Shown: in pieces, positions 19,491-27,857 of the stretch
How the letters are laid out: each line of letters starts with the position of its first letter
Position numbering within the stretch: position 1 is the stretch's first letter
Virus record (IMG/VR): IMGVR_UViG_3300042261_002385
Location: 186,001 to 250,000 of that record
DNA: 64,000 nt
Strand: one strand, 5' to 3'
Translations under genes and position numbers: made by a program
The notes under the pieces: generated by a model
What the model was told of the DNA's origin: nothing
Seen by the model: the letters and a program-made list of their open reading frames with translations, nothing else
Database searches by the model: none

Positions 19491-20144
19491 TTATTTACCA
19501 GTCACTGCACCATAACCGACTCTTCCACATAAAAGTGTCGCTGCAGTAGCTACAGCGGTTGACCAACAAGCCACAAATATACTAAAACCAGTTCCAGCAG
19601 CAGCTGCAACTGCTATTGCGCCTGCAGCAATCTTAATTAGAGCTCCAAGAGCTACAAGAACAATAACTAAAGCAACTATTATCGCCAAAAATTTACCAGC
19701 TAATCCTAAAGCTTTCAAAATCTTTTGTCCCAAAGTTTGAGCATTTTCATTTATTGCAATAAGTCTAGATTCGTATAACGGTGTTCCGTATTTTGTTCTA
19801 GAAATACTTACAGAATCTTGAATCAATTCTTTTAATTCTTCTTCAGTTCCTTCTGGAGCTTGAGCAGCAGCTGTATCTGGATTAAAAGTTTCCATTTTTT
19901 GTTTCAATTCCTCAAGATCTCCTTCTGGTAAGGCATTTATTAGTTCTTGAGCTTTAGCAAATTTTCCACTATTAGCCGCGTCTTCTACAACTTTTTTGGT
20001 AGCCTCAGCCATTTCTACAGCTTTTTTATTTTTCCAACCAGAATACCACTTACTGATTTTTGAAAAGATGTTACCTTCTCCCCATAACCAACCTTCATTG
20101 GTTGTATTATAGTTAAAACTTTCGAATGTTTTTACGTATTTCAT
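19491..20144 (-). CDS. CTS-tagged protein with hydrophobic C-terminus, copy 1
   Basis: MKYVKTFESFNYNTTNEG; KYGTPLYES...INE before a ~65-aa hydrophobic tail. Confidence 0.82.
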   Translation of the reverse strand: MKYVKTFESFNYNTTNEGWLWGEGNIFSKISKWYSGWKNKKAVEMAEATKKVVEDAANSGKFAKAQELINALPEGDLEELKQKMETFNPDTAAAQAPEGTEEELKELIQDSVSISRTKYGTPLYESRLIAINENAQTLGQKILKALGLAGKFLAIIVALVIVLVALGALIKIAAGAIAVAAAAGTGFSIFVACWSTAVATAATLLCGRVGYGAVTGK

Positions 20145-20214
20145 AATTTTTTTTTTTTTTTATAATGTATATATTCTATTTAAAAAATCATTTTTTGTAT
20201 TTTTATCAAATATT

Positions 20215-20244
20215 TTTGAATTAATAGAAATTTGTTTATGTTTG
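20215..20244 (+). promoter_or_regulatory. Bacteroidota housekeeping-sigma promoter (-33/-7)
   Basis: TTTG (20215-20218), 18-nt spacer, TATGTTTG (20237-20244). Confidence 0.65.
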
Positions 20245-20274
20245 TAGAAATTAATCTTTTTTAAAAATCAGACT

Positions 20275-20553
20275 ATGAAAACATTACTTAAATTTTACCT
20301 CAAAAACTTTAAAGTTATACATCACTCTTTTTTTATACTACTAGTCTTTTCGACTTTTAAATTGTTTACTTTTGTTCCAGGTTTTTTTGGACAAACATTT
20401 CAGATGATTCTAAGTCATAATATATTAGGATTTTGTTTTCAGATTGCAATTTTAGTTTATTGTTTTAAAGTAAATCCAATTATGTTAGAAAGAGCTGGTC
20501 TTACTGACGACTACATGAAAGAACAACTAGAAAATTTAGACAAAAAAAAATAG
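20275..20553 (+). CDS. Small 2-TM membrane protein, copy 2
   Basis: Clear paralog of 19171..19446 with a diverged central loop. Confidence 0.85.
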   Translation: MKTLLKFYLKNFKVIHHSFFILLVFSTFKLFTFVPGFFGQTFQMILSHNILGFCFQIAILVYCFKVNPIMLERAGLTDDYMKEQLENLDKKK

Positions 20554-20578
20554 TAAGTGAGAACTTACTATTTTTTTT
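20543..20578. terminator. Bidirectional terminator, copy 2
   Basis: A-run-TAGTAAGT-gaga-ACTTACTA-T-run. Confidence 0.8.
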
Positions 20579-20613
20579 ATTTGAAATAATTTTAATTATT
20601 CGACTAATTATGC

Positions 20614-21237
20614 TTATTTATTATCAAAAGCTGTATTCGTTCCAGAGCCCACTTCAAGTTCGGAACCATGCATAGACCTAACGACAAGGAAAGCTAAACC
20701 AGCAACAATTAAAGACCCAAAAACAACAAATCCAATCACGGCTGATGCAGCAACCACAGCGAGTATCGACGAAATAGAGACGATTAAAATTGTAATCAAT
20801 GTTAAATACTCAAAATTTAAACCAAGCCATTTAAGAACTCTTTTAGCTAAACTTTCAGAGGATTCATTAAGCGACATTTGATAAGATTCGTAAAGTGCGC
20901 TTCCGTATTTTGTCATTCTCATCTCATTAGCCGTTCCAATAGTTGCTTCAACCTCCGCTGCGCCTTCTTTGTCTTCTACCTTACCATCTGGTGTCCATTT
21001 TGCTACCCAATCTTTAAGATATAATTGTGACTTTTCAGGTAATTTCTTAAACACATCAACAGCCTTTTGAACTATCCCCGGGTTCTTTTCCAATTTTTGT
21101 GTTAGCATATCTGCTGCTTTTTTAGCCTGTTGATTTTTCCAGTTGTTCCACTTGTCTCTAACAGATCTGAAAAAATCCATTAATCCCTCATTTGTTGGGT
21201 CGTAGTTGAAACTTTCGAATGTTTTTACGTATTTCAT
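20614..21237 (-). CDS. CTS-tagged protein with hydrophobic C-terminus, copy 2
   Basis: MKYVKTFESFNYDPTNEG; KYGSALYES...LNE before a hydrophobic hairpin. Confidence 0.82.
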   Translation of the reverse strand: MKYVKTFESFNYDPTNEGLMDFFRSVRDKWNNWKNQQAKKAADMLTQKLEKNPGIVQKAVDVFKKLPEKSQLYLKDWVAKWTPDGKVEDKEGAAEVEATIGTANEMRMTKYGSALYESYQMSLNESSESLAKRVLKWLGLNFEYLTLITILIVSISSILAVVAASAVIGFVVFGSLIVAGLAFLVVRSMHGSELEVGSGTNTAFDNK

Positions 21238-21362
21238 AAATTTTTTTTTTTTATAATGTATATATTTATATTAAAAACTCATTTTTTGTATTTTTTGAAA
21301 ACTGTAAAAAATTATTTTTTTAAAATATAACATATATAAAAAATTTAAAAAACTATTTTTTA

Positions 21363-21884
21363 TCAAAAGTCACAATCATAGTAATCTAAAATAATACCAT
21401 TTCTTTTGTTAATGAAAAGCAATTCATCTCTTCTTACTAATTGATATTCATAGTGTCTACCTGTTTTGAAAAGCGTTCTAATAAAGTCAATACCCTGACC
21501 GAAGTTGACAACTCTTTCATCAACCATCAAACATAGTATCTTAGTATCATCTTCATTTGAATAGTTTACTACTTCATTATCATGATCTTTTTCTAAACCT
21601 TTTTTCCCGTAACAGATGAATTTTGTAGTCAATTCCTCAGTATAGTCCGATATAATCTCTTTCGACAAATAAGCATTTGGTTTGTAAGTTATTACAATAT
21701 CATCACCGGCTTGAACATTTAAATCTTGTTCTTTTAGATAAAGTCTTATCCAGAAATAAATTTTTTGTTCTTCAACAATTTTCGAAGACGACACCTGTTC
21801 AACCTCATCAGGTAAACCGTCCGTGTCAATTTTTCTAATAGATTCTAAAAGTTGTTCTCTATAGTCTGTTTTTGCTATGTTCAT
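21363..21884 (-). CDS. Hypothetical protein
   Basis: 173-aa ORF directly downstream of thyA. Confidence 0.7.
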   Translation of the reverse strand: MNIAKTDYREQLLESIRKIDTDGLPDEVEQVSSSKIVEEQKIYFWIRLYLKEQDLNVQAGDDIVITYKPNAYLSKEIISDYTEELTTKFICYGKKGLEKDHDNEVVNYSNEDDTKILCLMVDERVVNFGQGIDFIRTLFKTGRHYEYQLVRRDELLFINKRNGIILDYYDCDF

Positions 21885-21899
21885 TTTTTTAATTATTTT

Positions 21900-22931
21900 T
21901 TAATTAGATAATGGAAATTTTATTGTATCACAAGATTTATAATCAAATATTTCAATATCTTCATATTTTAAGTCAAAAATTGATTTGTTGTTTAATTTTA
22001 AATTAGGTAATTTATATGTTTCTCTTTTCAACTGTTCTTTCACACCTTTTATTTGATTAGAATAAATATGACAATCTCCACCTGAAAAAATTAAATCATT
22101 AGGTATCATATTAACTTCTTTTGCTAAGAGATGAAGTAAAATAGCATACGATGCTATATTGAATGGTATACCTAAAGGAACATCACAGGATCTTTGAGTC
22201 CACATCAAATCTAACTTTCTATCAGGAACTCCAATTTCGTCTAATTTATCTTTAGTCATATCATCAGCGAATGTTATACTTCTTCCTCTTGAATCACACC
22301 ACCATTTTACTCTTTCATCAAAAGTCAATAAAGTAGTGTAACATTGAAATCCATAATGACAAGGAGGTAGAGTCATCTGACTTAATTGTCCGACGTTCCA
22401 AGCAGAAACCATTAATCTTCTAGAATCTGGATTTGTTTTAAGATCGTTGATAAGATTAGATATCTGGTCTAATGGTTTATGGTAAACATACTCAGTTCCA
22501 TTATGATATTCCTGTTCACCTCTCCACCTTCTCCATTGAGCCCCATACACAGGTCCGAGTTCACCCCACTTTTTAGAAAACTCATCATCAGTTTTTATTT
22601 TATCAATAAATTCTTCTTTTGATAAATATGAAGAATTAGATGGATGATTAGTATAGGCTTTATACGCATCACCATCCCAAATATGAACACCGTTTTCAAC
22701 TAAATATTTAATATTAGTATCACCTCTTAAAAACCAAATCAATTCATGAATTACGGCTTTAGTAAATATTTTTTTTGAAGTTAGAAGTGGAAATCCCCAA
22801 TTCATATTAAATCTCATATTATATCCAAAGACTGAAATTGTTCCAGTGCCAGTTCTATCTTTTTTTTCAACACCATTTTCTAAAATATATTCTAAAAAAC
22901 TAAGGTATTGTTTATCTACTTTATTTTTCAT
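21900..22931 (-). CDS. thyA: Thymidylate synthase
   Basis: DRTGTGT, LGPVYGAQWR, PDSRR, LPPCH, QRSCD, PFNIASY, HIYSN. Confidence 0.97.
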   Translation of the reverse strand: MKNKVDKQYLSFLEYILENGVEKKDRTGTGTISVFGYNMRFNMNWGFPLLTSKKIFTKAVIHELIWFLRGDTNIKYLVENGVHIWDGDAYKAYTNHPSNSSYLSKEEFIDKIKTDDEFSKKWGELGPVYGAQWRRWRGEQEYHNGTEYVYHKPLDQISNLINDLKTNPDSRRLMVSAWNVGQLSQMTLPPCHYGFQCYTTLLTFDERVKWWCDSRGRSITFADDMTKDKLDEIGVPDRKLDLMWTQRSCDVPLGIPFNIASYAILLHLLAKEVNMIPNDLIFSGGDCHIYSNQIKGVKEQLKRETYKLPNLKLNNKSIFDLKYEDIEIFDYKSCDTIKFPLSN

Positions 22932-23749
22932 ACAGTAATTTTATTGATTTTTTTCTGAATAGTTGGATAAGGACAATAATCTATCCATTTTGGATCGAAC
23001 CAAAAAGTTCTACCAGTCTTATCTTTACAAGAGATGCCTTTTTGATAATATACCCACTTTTGAAATTCCTCATAGTCAGTGTCAAATGGATTTTTCCAAT
23101 CTGACAATTGACCTCCATTCAAGTGGTAAGCCTTAATTGGAATATCTCTACACATAGATAATATTTTAGAATTATCTTTTATAACTTTTCTGGCCTGTTC
23201 AAATGGATTTACATCTAAATAATATAGTATAGTGCTTCTAAGATAGTTGCCTATACCATTAAAGTATTCTTGGTTAAGAAGTGCTTCACAAATTGGTTTA
23301 TCAAATGCCTTTTTATCGATGTTGTTCATAACATTGTCGTAAAAATCACTAAAAAATTTAGATGGATCTGGTCCACGTTTTATACCAGTAAATCCACCAA
23401 TTCGATATTTTGGTCCCATATAGGAACCATATAGTAAAAGAGACCAACCATCAATAGTGTCTACTCTCATTCTACAATATTTAGTATCGTTCCAGACTCC
23501 AGTGGGAACCCACTTCCAATTACCAGACATTCCCATAAACACTGAGATTTTATGTGTTTCAGTTTTGTTGAAGAATCTTATGACCAATTCTTTACCTAAA
23601 GACTCAGCATCTATTTGAAATTCATCTAATAAATGAAACTGTTCTGGATTATTTCCCTTTAAAACATGAAAAGATTTATTAAAGACTTTTCTTTTAACAT
23701 TCTGATTTATATAATCAGCCATTATTTTGAGTTCAGCTAGTTCCGGCAT
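22928..23749 (-). CDS. nei: Fpg/Nei-family DNA glycosylase, NEIL1-like
   Basis: Catalytic N-terminal PE; GKEL; GMSG; H2TH KAFDKPICEALLNQEYFNGIGNYLR; zincless-finger-like DKTGRTFWF. Confidence 0.92.
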   Translation of the reverse strand: MPELAELKIMADYINQNVKRKVFNKSFHVLKGNNPEQFHLLDEFQIDAESLGKELVIRFFNKTETHKISVFMGMSGNWKWVPTGVWNDTKYCRMRVDTIDGWSLLLYGSYMGPKYRIGGFTGIKRGPDPSKFFSDFYDNVMNNIDKKAFDKPICEALLNQEYFNGIGNYLRSTILYYLDVNPFEQARKVIKDNSKILSMCRDIPIKAYHLNGGQLSDWKNPFDTDYEEFQKWVYYQKGISCKDKTGRTFWFDPKWIDYCPYPTIQKKINKITV

Positions 23750-23796
23750 AATTTAAGTTTTCGGATATTCTATCAAATTATATAAAATTTGTTGAG

Positions 23797-24150
23797 CTAT
23801 ACACACATCTTTTTAACCCATTTAACTAAGATGTCACCGTGACAAGATTTTCCACCTCCACCCAGATTTTTACACCAACAACCAAGTGTCTTATCTTTGA
23901 GTTCACAAAGAGAATCCATCAATTCTTTATTACTGAGTAGATATTCTTCATAAGCATTTACAATTATTTTACGAGGTGTTCCCTTTGGAAAGCTGTTTCT
24001 TAATTCTTTAGGATAAGCCCACTTGTTAAATTTACCACCAGGTAGACGACCAATATAAATATCAAATGGTTCTTTTTTGAAATGAACTACTTTTACTAAA
24101 TGTTTGTGACCACTATCAGACTTCTTAAAACTATCAAAAAAATCTTCCAT
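23797..24150 (-). CDS. DUF4326-like protein
   Basis: DIYIGR...NKWAYP...LKDKTLGCWC...CHGDIL. Confidence 0.8.
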   Translation of the reverse strand: MEDFFDSFKKSDSGHKHLVKVVHFKKEPFDIYIGRLPGGKFNKWAYPKELRNSFPKGTPRKIIVNAYEEYLLSNKELMDSLCELKDKTLGCWCKNLGGGGKSCHGDILVKWVKKMCV

Positions 24151-24239
24151 AAATATTATATCAAAATATTTCTAGATGTTACTTGTTAATATTTTAAATT
24201 AGTCGTATATTTATAGTATAAACAATAAAAAAATAAGTT

Positions 24240-24674
24240 ATGTTGAAATTTGTTAAAGTTGTAGTAAATAACTCAGCGATTTTTTTGGACACATTATTCG
24301 AACAAAGAGCCAAAAGTTTAGATATGTATAAATTGAAAATCATTTCAAATGTAGAGTCTGTTGAGTTTGAGGTAGATGGTAAACAACAAGTATACTGTAT
24401 AGCAAATGATATTGATATAGATTGTTTTAAATACTTGATTGAAAATCTTGACTCAAAAATAACAGAAGTTGAAGACTTGTCTAAAGATGTTCTTTTTGAC
24501 AATGACATTAAGACTGATTTTGTATCAAAAACCGGAGACAGTTTAGAAAAAGACATCAAAGACCTTATTATGTCGTTTAAACTTCAAGCAACTGACTGTG
24601 ATGTTGTTTTAGACAAAATCATTGAGAAAGGAATTGATTCATTGACAGATTTTGATAAAAATTATCTTAAATAA
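24240..24674 (+). CDS. Hypothetical protein with C-terminal DUF6576-like motif
   Basis: Ends VLDKIIEKGIDSLTDFDKNYL. Confidence 0.65.
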   Translation: MLKFVKVVVNNSAIFLDTLFEQRAKSLDMYKLKIISNVESVEFEVDGKQQVYCIANDIDIDCFKYLIENLDSKITEVEDLSKDVLFDNDIKTDFVSKTGDSLEKDIKDLIMSFKLQATDCDVVLDKIIEKGIDSLTDFDKNYLK

Positions 24675-24731
24675 GGTAAAAAAATGGCTTTTTATTTTAA
24701 ATATATAATAAGTAAAAAAAATAAAAAGTCT

Positions 24732-25091
24732 ATGAAATACTTAAAGACATTTGAATCTTTTTCTCCTATAAACGAAGAAGAGGAATTTATTTCAGCAGTA
24801 AAAGACATGATATCTGGTAAATCTGCTTATAAAACAACTATTAAATACTTAGAAAGTAAATCTAAAGAGGCTGAAGAGGCTATTAAGATTTATAAGGAAA
24901 TTCAAGATTCCGGTAAACCAGCAAAGCAACAATTAGACAAAGTTGATAGAATAAACAGACTTGGTAGAATGTGGGCAGAAGCAAATAAAATGGAAGGTAA
25001 TGACTATGATTACAATCACGTAGACACAGTTATGAAAGGCGAATGGGGTAGAAAATACCACGGTGGAACAAATGTGACTGTTGGAGAATAA
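24732..25091 (+). CDS. Small CTS-tagged protein
   Basis: Start moved to ATG 24732: MKYLKTFESFSPINEEEE; AATATATA at 24700-24707. Confidence 0.78.
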   Translation: MKYLKTFESFSPINEEEEFISAVKDMISGKSAYKTTIKYLESKSKEAEEAIKIYKEIQDSGKPAKQQLDKVDRINRLGRMWAEANKMEGNDYDYNHVDTVMKGEWGRKYHGGTNVTVGE

Positions 25092-25097
25092 TAATTG

Positions 25098-25127
25098 AAA
25101 AAAGAGACTTTTAAAGTCTCTTTTTTT
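25098..25127. terminator. Bidirectional terminator
   Basis: AAAAAGAGACT/AGTCTCTTTTT. Confidence 0.85.
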
Positions 25128-25131
25128 ATGC

Positions 25132-25599
25132 CTATAAATTAAATTTTATACATTGGTCAGTAATATACTTAGAATGTTCTAATTGTAAGTGAGTAGCCAA
25201 ACCAACAGTAATGTGATATCCAAAATAAGGATCTCCTAAACCCATAGCAGTTCTGATATTTTGACAATCCAGTGAATCAGCCTTCAACCACCAGTGTCCT
25301 TTTTTATTGGACCTGATAAGACTTGGATCATACTGTATTGTAACTTCTTTTCCATCAAAAATTTCTTTAGCTTGTAGATAGACACCATCACTAACAATAT
25401 CATTGATAAAAGTTAAGTGAGTTCCTCTTAGTGGTTTATTTAAAAATAAATTAAATCTTTTTTGTAGAAACCAAGAGTAGTAAGCGTATATATCACAATC
25501 AAATTTTACAATAGCAACTTTTTTCCACACAGCTTGAGAATTGTGTTTCTTAGTCACATTGATTGGATCAAATACTATTTTACCTTTTATGCTAAACAT
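25132..25599 (-). CDS. 2H phosphoesterase superfamily protein
   Basis: Two HxT motifs (GTHLTF, GYHITV) about 68 aa apart in a 155-aa protein. Confidence 0.7.
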   Translation of the reverse strand: MFSIKGKIVFDPINVTKKHNSQAVWKKVAIVKFDCDIYAYYSWFLQKRFNLFLNKPLRGTHLTFINDIVSDGVYLQAKEIFDGKEVTIQYDPSLIRSNKKGHWWLKADSLDCQNIRTAMGLGDPYFGYHITVGLATHLQLEHSKYITDQCIKFNL

Positions 25600-25603
25600 A
25601 TAA

Positions 25604-25611
25604 CAAAGATA
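25604..25611 (-). promoter_or_regulatory. Bacteroidota-type -7 element, possibly giving a leaderless mRNA
   Basis: TATCTTTG only 4 nt before the ATG at 25599. Confidence 0.5.
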
Positions 25612-25635
25612 AACAATTTATTTAATATATACTTT

Positions 25636-25791
25636 ATGAACTCAAAGAAAAACAGCAAATTATTTAAAAGTTTAGTCAAAGAAAGAATTATGACTAAACT
25701 TTGTAAAGAAAGAGGTTGGAATATTAACGAACTGACAGTAAGACAAATGTTGTTTATAACCAATCACCCAGATGTAAAAAATTCTAAATGA
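25636..25791 (+). CDS. Small basic hypothetical protein
   Basis: ATG 25636 follows AATATATA (25624-25631); 51 aa. Confidence 0.55.
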   Translation: MNSKKNSKLFKSLVKERIMTKLCKERGWNINELTVRQMLFITNHPDVKNSK

Positions 25792-26863
25792 AACCTTTTA
25801 AATGTTCAGCGGGAATCTGTTTCAAATCCTCAATATAATCAATTAATTCAGCTCTTGTTGCTATAAAATGATACTCACCTGATTGACTTGCGCCATGTAA
25901 ACTCTGTCCATCCCAAGTGAAGTCCATAAAACCAGTAGAAAGACCAGTAGAATTCATATATCCAACAATCGTTTCCCTCTCAACTTCAATTTGTTCATCT
26001 GATATCATCATTTTTTTAGTCTTACCATCCCAACTTATCCAAGTAAAATTGTGTGTCTGAAAATTTTGGTTCAAATCAGACCAATTTTCATCTTCATCTT
26101 CATCATACCATAGGTCATTTTTATGGTCATAACCAGGAGTTTTGACGACAGGAAGTGATTCCCAATCTATCTTACAAACTGCGTCACATAATTTTTCTAA
26201 GTGTCTAATATCTTGTCTTTCAGAGTGAGAGTGCTCATTATAGTAACCAACTGAGATATTAGTACATTCTGAAATTAAATTAGTAAACTGAGCAGAATCT
26301 GTGTATATTCCAGTTGGATCTGGTCTATAGTTAAATGAGCTTTCAACAACATTCAAATTATTAGACAACTCTTTAGCGAATTCTAGAGAACAACAAACAC
26401 CATATAATTGTTCAGTTATTACCGAATCAGTTCCTCTCCTGTCAAATGAAATACATTTTGTGATGTAATTTGATTCAGGTCTTTTAGACCAAACTTTTGC
26501 CAGTCTACTTGAACCAACACAACCTCTTTCTTCACCAATAAAAAAATAATAGAGACCAGGAATATTTTTTTCAATCATATAAAGCAAAACAACCATTCCG
26601 GCTTTATCATCAGCGCCTAAAATTGAGGTTCCGTCTGTTCTAATAATATTACCATCTAATACATGTTTTACTTTCTCTTGTTTACGGTCTGCAGTATCAA
26701 GGTGGCAAGTAAACATAGTAGAAGGATTGTTACCGATTTCAATAAAATAATTACCATTTCCATCTTCTTTAAAACCGTTTGGTAAATGATTTTTTAGCTC
26801 GGTCTCTGTTCCGTGTGGATACGTTTTTGAAGTAAGTTTTAAAAACTTCTTTTTTACATTCAT
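25784..26863 (-). CDS. M28/M20-family zinc peptidase
   Basis: CHLDT, GADDKAG, GEERGCVGS, FDRRG, TDSA, EH. Confidence 0.85.
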   Translation of the reverse strand: MNVKKKFLKLTSKTYPHGTETELKNHLPNGFKEDGNGNYFIEIGNNPSTMFTCHLDTADRKQEKVKHVLDGNIIRTDGTSILGADDKAGMVVLLYMIEKNIPGLYYFFIGEERGCVGSSRLAKVWSKRPESNYITKCISFDRRGTDSVITEQLYGVCCSLEFAKELSNNLNVVESSFNYRPDPTGIYTDSAQFTNLISECTNISVGYYNEHSHSERQDIRHLEKLCDAVCKIDWESLPVVKTPGYDHKNDLWYDEDEDENWSDLNQNFQTHNFTWISWDGKTKKMMISDEQIEVERETIVGYMNSTGLSTGFMDFTWDGQSLHGASQSGEYHFIATRAELIDYIEDLKQIPAEHLKGFI

Positions 26864-26895
26864 TTTTATAGATTTTTATAAATTTAACAAATAAT

Positions 26896-27429
26896 TTACT
26901 CATTACCAAATAAATACTCAAGTTTCTTATCTCTTATATACGATTTCTTCAAAGAATCAAGAGTAGTAGTTACATTTTTTACTTTATCATTAATCCAGAT
27001 TTCACTTTTCTGTAAATCTTTATATTCTTTTCTTATATGAAAGTCATTAACATCATCGCCTGTTTTATATTGAAACTCTCTAGCGACAATTATTGAGTCT
27101 AAATTAAATTTAGAAATTTCAGAAGTATACATCCAAAGATTATTTTTAGAAATATTCCAAAAATCAAAAACTAGCAAATCAACTCTAAACAAGTTTGATT
27201 TGTTATTTAATTTTTCAGAAAACTCATTGAAATCTCTAAATTCTATTTTATTATCTAAATAATGAAATAGACATAGGTCATGATATTTACTTGAAGAACT
27301 CGGTTTATTTGGAGTAAATAGAACATAATTACGACCAGCTAAATCAAAAAAGTTTACTATCTGACTTACCCCAGAAGCGACTTCACTGATATCACCGGTA
27401 AAATAATTATATTTTTTTAGGTCTACCAT
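26896..27429 (-). CDS. Hypothetical protein
   Basis: 177-aa ORF ending IRDKKLEYLF. Confidence 0.7.
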   Translation of the reverse strand: MVDLKKYNYFTGDISEVASGVSQIVNFFDLAGRNYVLFTPNKPSSSSKYHDLCLFHYLDNKIEFRDFNEFSEKLNNKSNLFRVDLLVFDFWNISKNNLWMYTSEISKFNLDSIIVAREFQYKTGDDVNDFHIRKEYKDLQKSEIWINDKVKNVTTTLDSLKKSYIRDKKLEYLFGNE

Positions 27430-27805
27430 AAATATTTTTTTTACTTACATCTACAATAAAATTGTTTGTATGTAGAAACTTTCTACCAATTAATATAGGG
27501 AATTTCATGTTCTTCCTATTAGTAAGAGAGACAAATATTTTGAACTTTCTTTTTCCGATTTGAATTTTTAAATTGATACCAAATCTTTTTTGAGTTTTTC
27601 CATTTGAGCTTTTTACCTCAATCTCAGACCATTTATGAAAAATATACGTATTAGTTTTTATTCTGACTTGAAGTCCAGAGTCAATAATCTTTACCTCATC
27701 AACGTGTAGTGCGGCATTAAAAGCACCAGTGTCTATTTTAGCAGGCATTACTCCTTCATTTAAAGAAGTAAAAATTATTTTTTCATATCTACCAATTTTT
27801 TTCAA
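27407..27805 (-). CDS. RimK-associated retropepsin-like protease
   Basis: AKIDTGA catalytic motif, VKSSNG, SLTNRKNMKFPILIGRKFL. Confidence 0.85.
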   Translation of the reverse strand: MKKIGRYEKIIFTSLNEGVMPAKIDTGAFNAALHVDEVKIIDSGLQVRIKTNTYIFHKWSEIEVKSSNGKTQKRFGINLKIQIGKRKFKIFVSLTNRKNMKFPILIGRKFLHTNNFIVDVSKKNIYGRPKKI

Positions 27806-27857
27806 TTAGAGAGCTTTTATGCTTATATATATCTAAGTAATAAAAAGTTTAAAAGTG

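Larger units (their letters stand above)
19137..20205. repeat. Tandem duplication unit 1
   Basis: Promoter, small gene, terminator, tagged gene and upstream region all recur about 1.1 kb later. Confidence 0.9.
20241..21296. repeat. Tandem duplication unit 2
   Basis: Shares TTTGTAGAAATTAATCTTT, CTTTCGAATGTTTTTACGTATTTCATAA and the terminator with unit 1. Confidence 0.9.

Noticed and set aside
20146-21252. Long poly-T tracts as phase-variation switches
   Set aside because: They are non-coding A-rich leaders of the duplicated minus-strand genes, typical of SD-less translation; no frame effect
26896-27429. Inactive RecA-like ATPase (hhhhD-like DLLVFD)
   Set aside because: No Walker A; the resemblance is too weak to call
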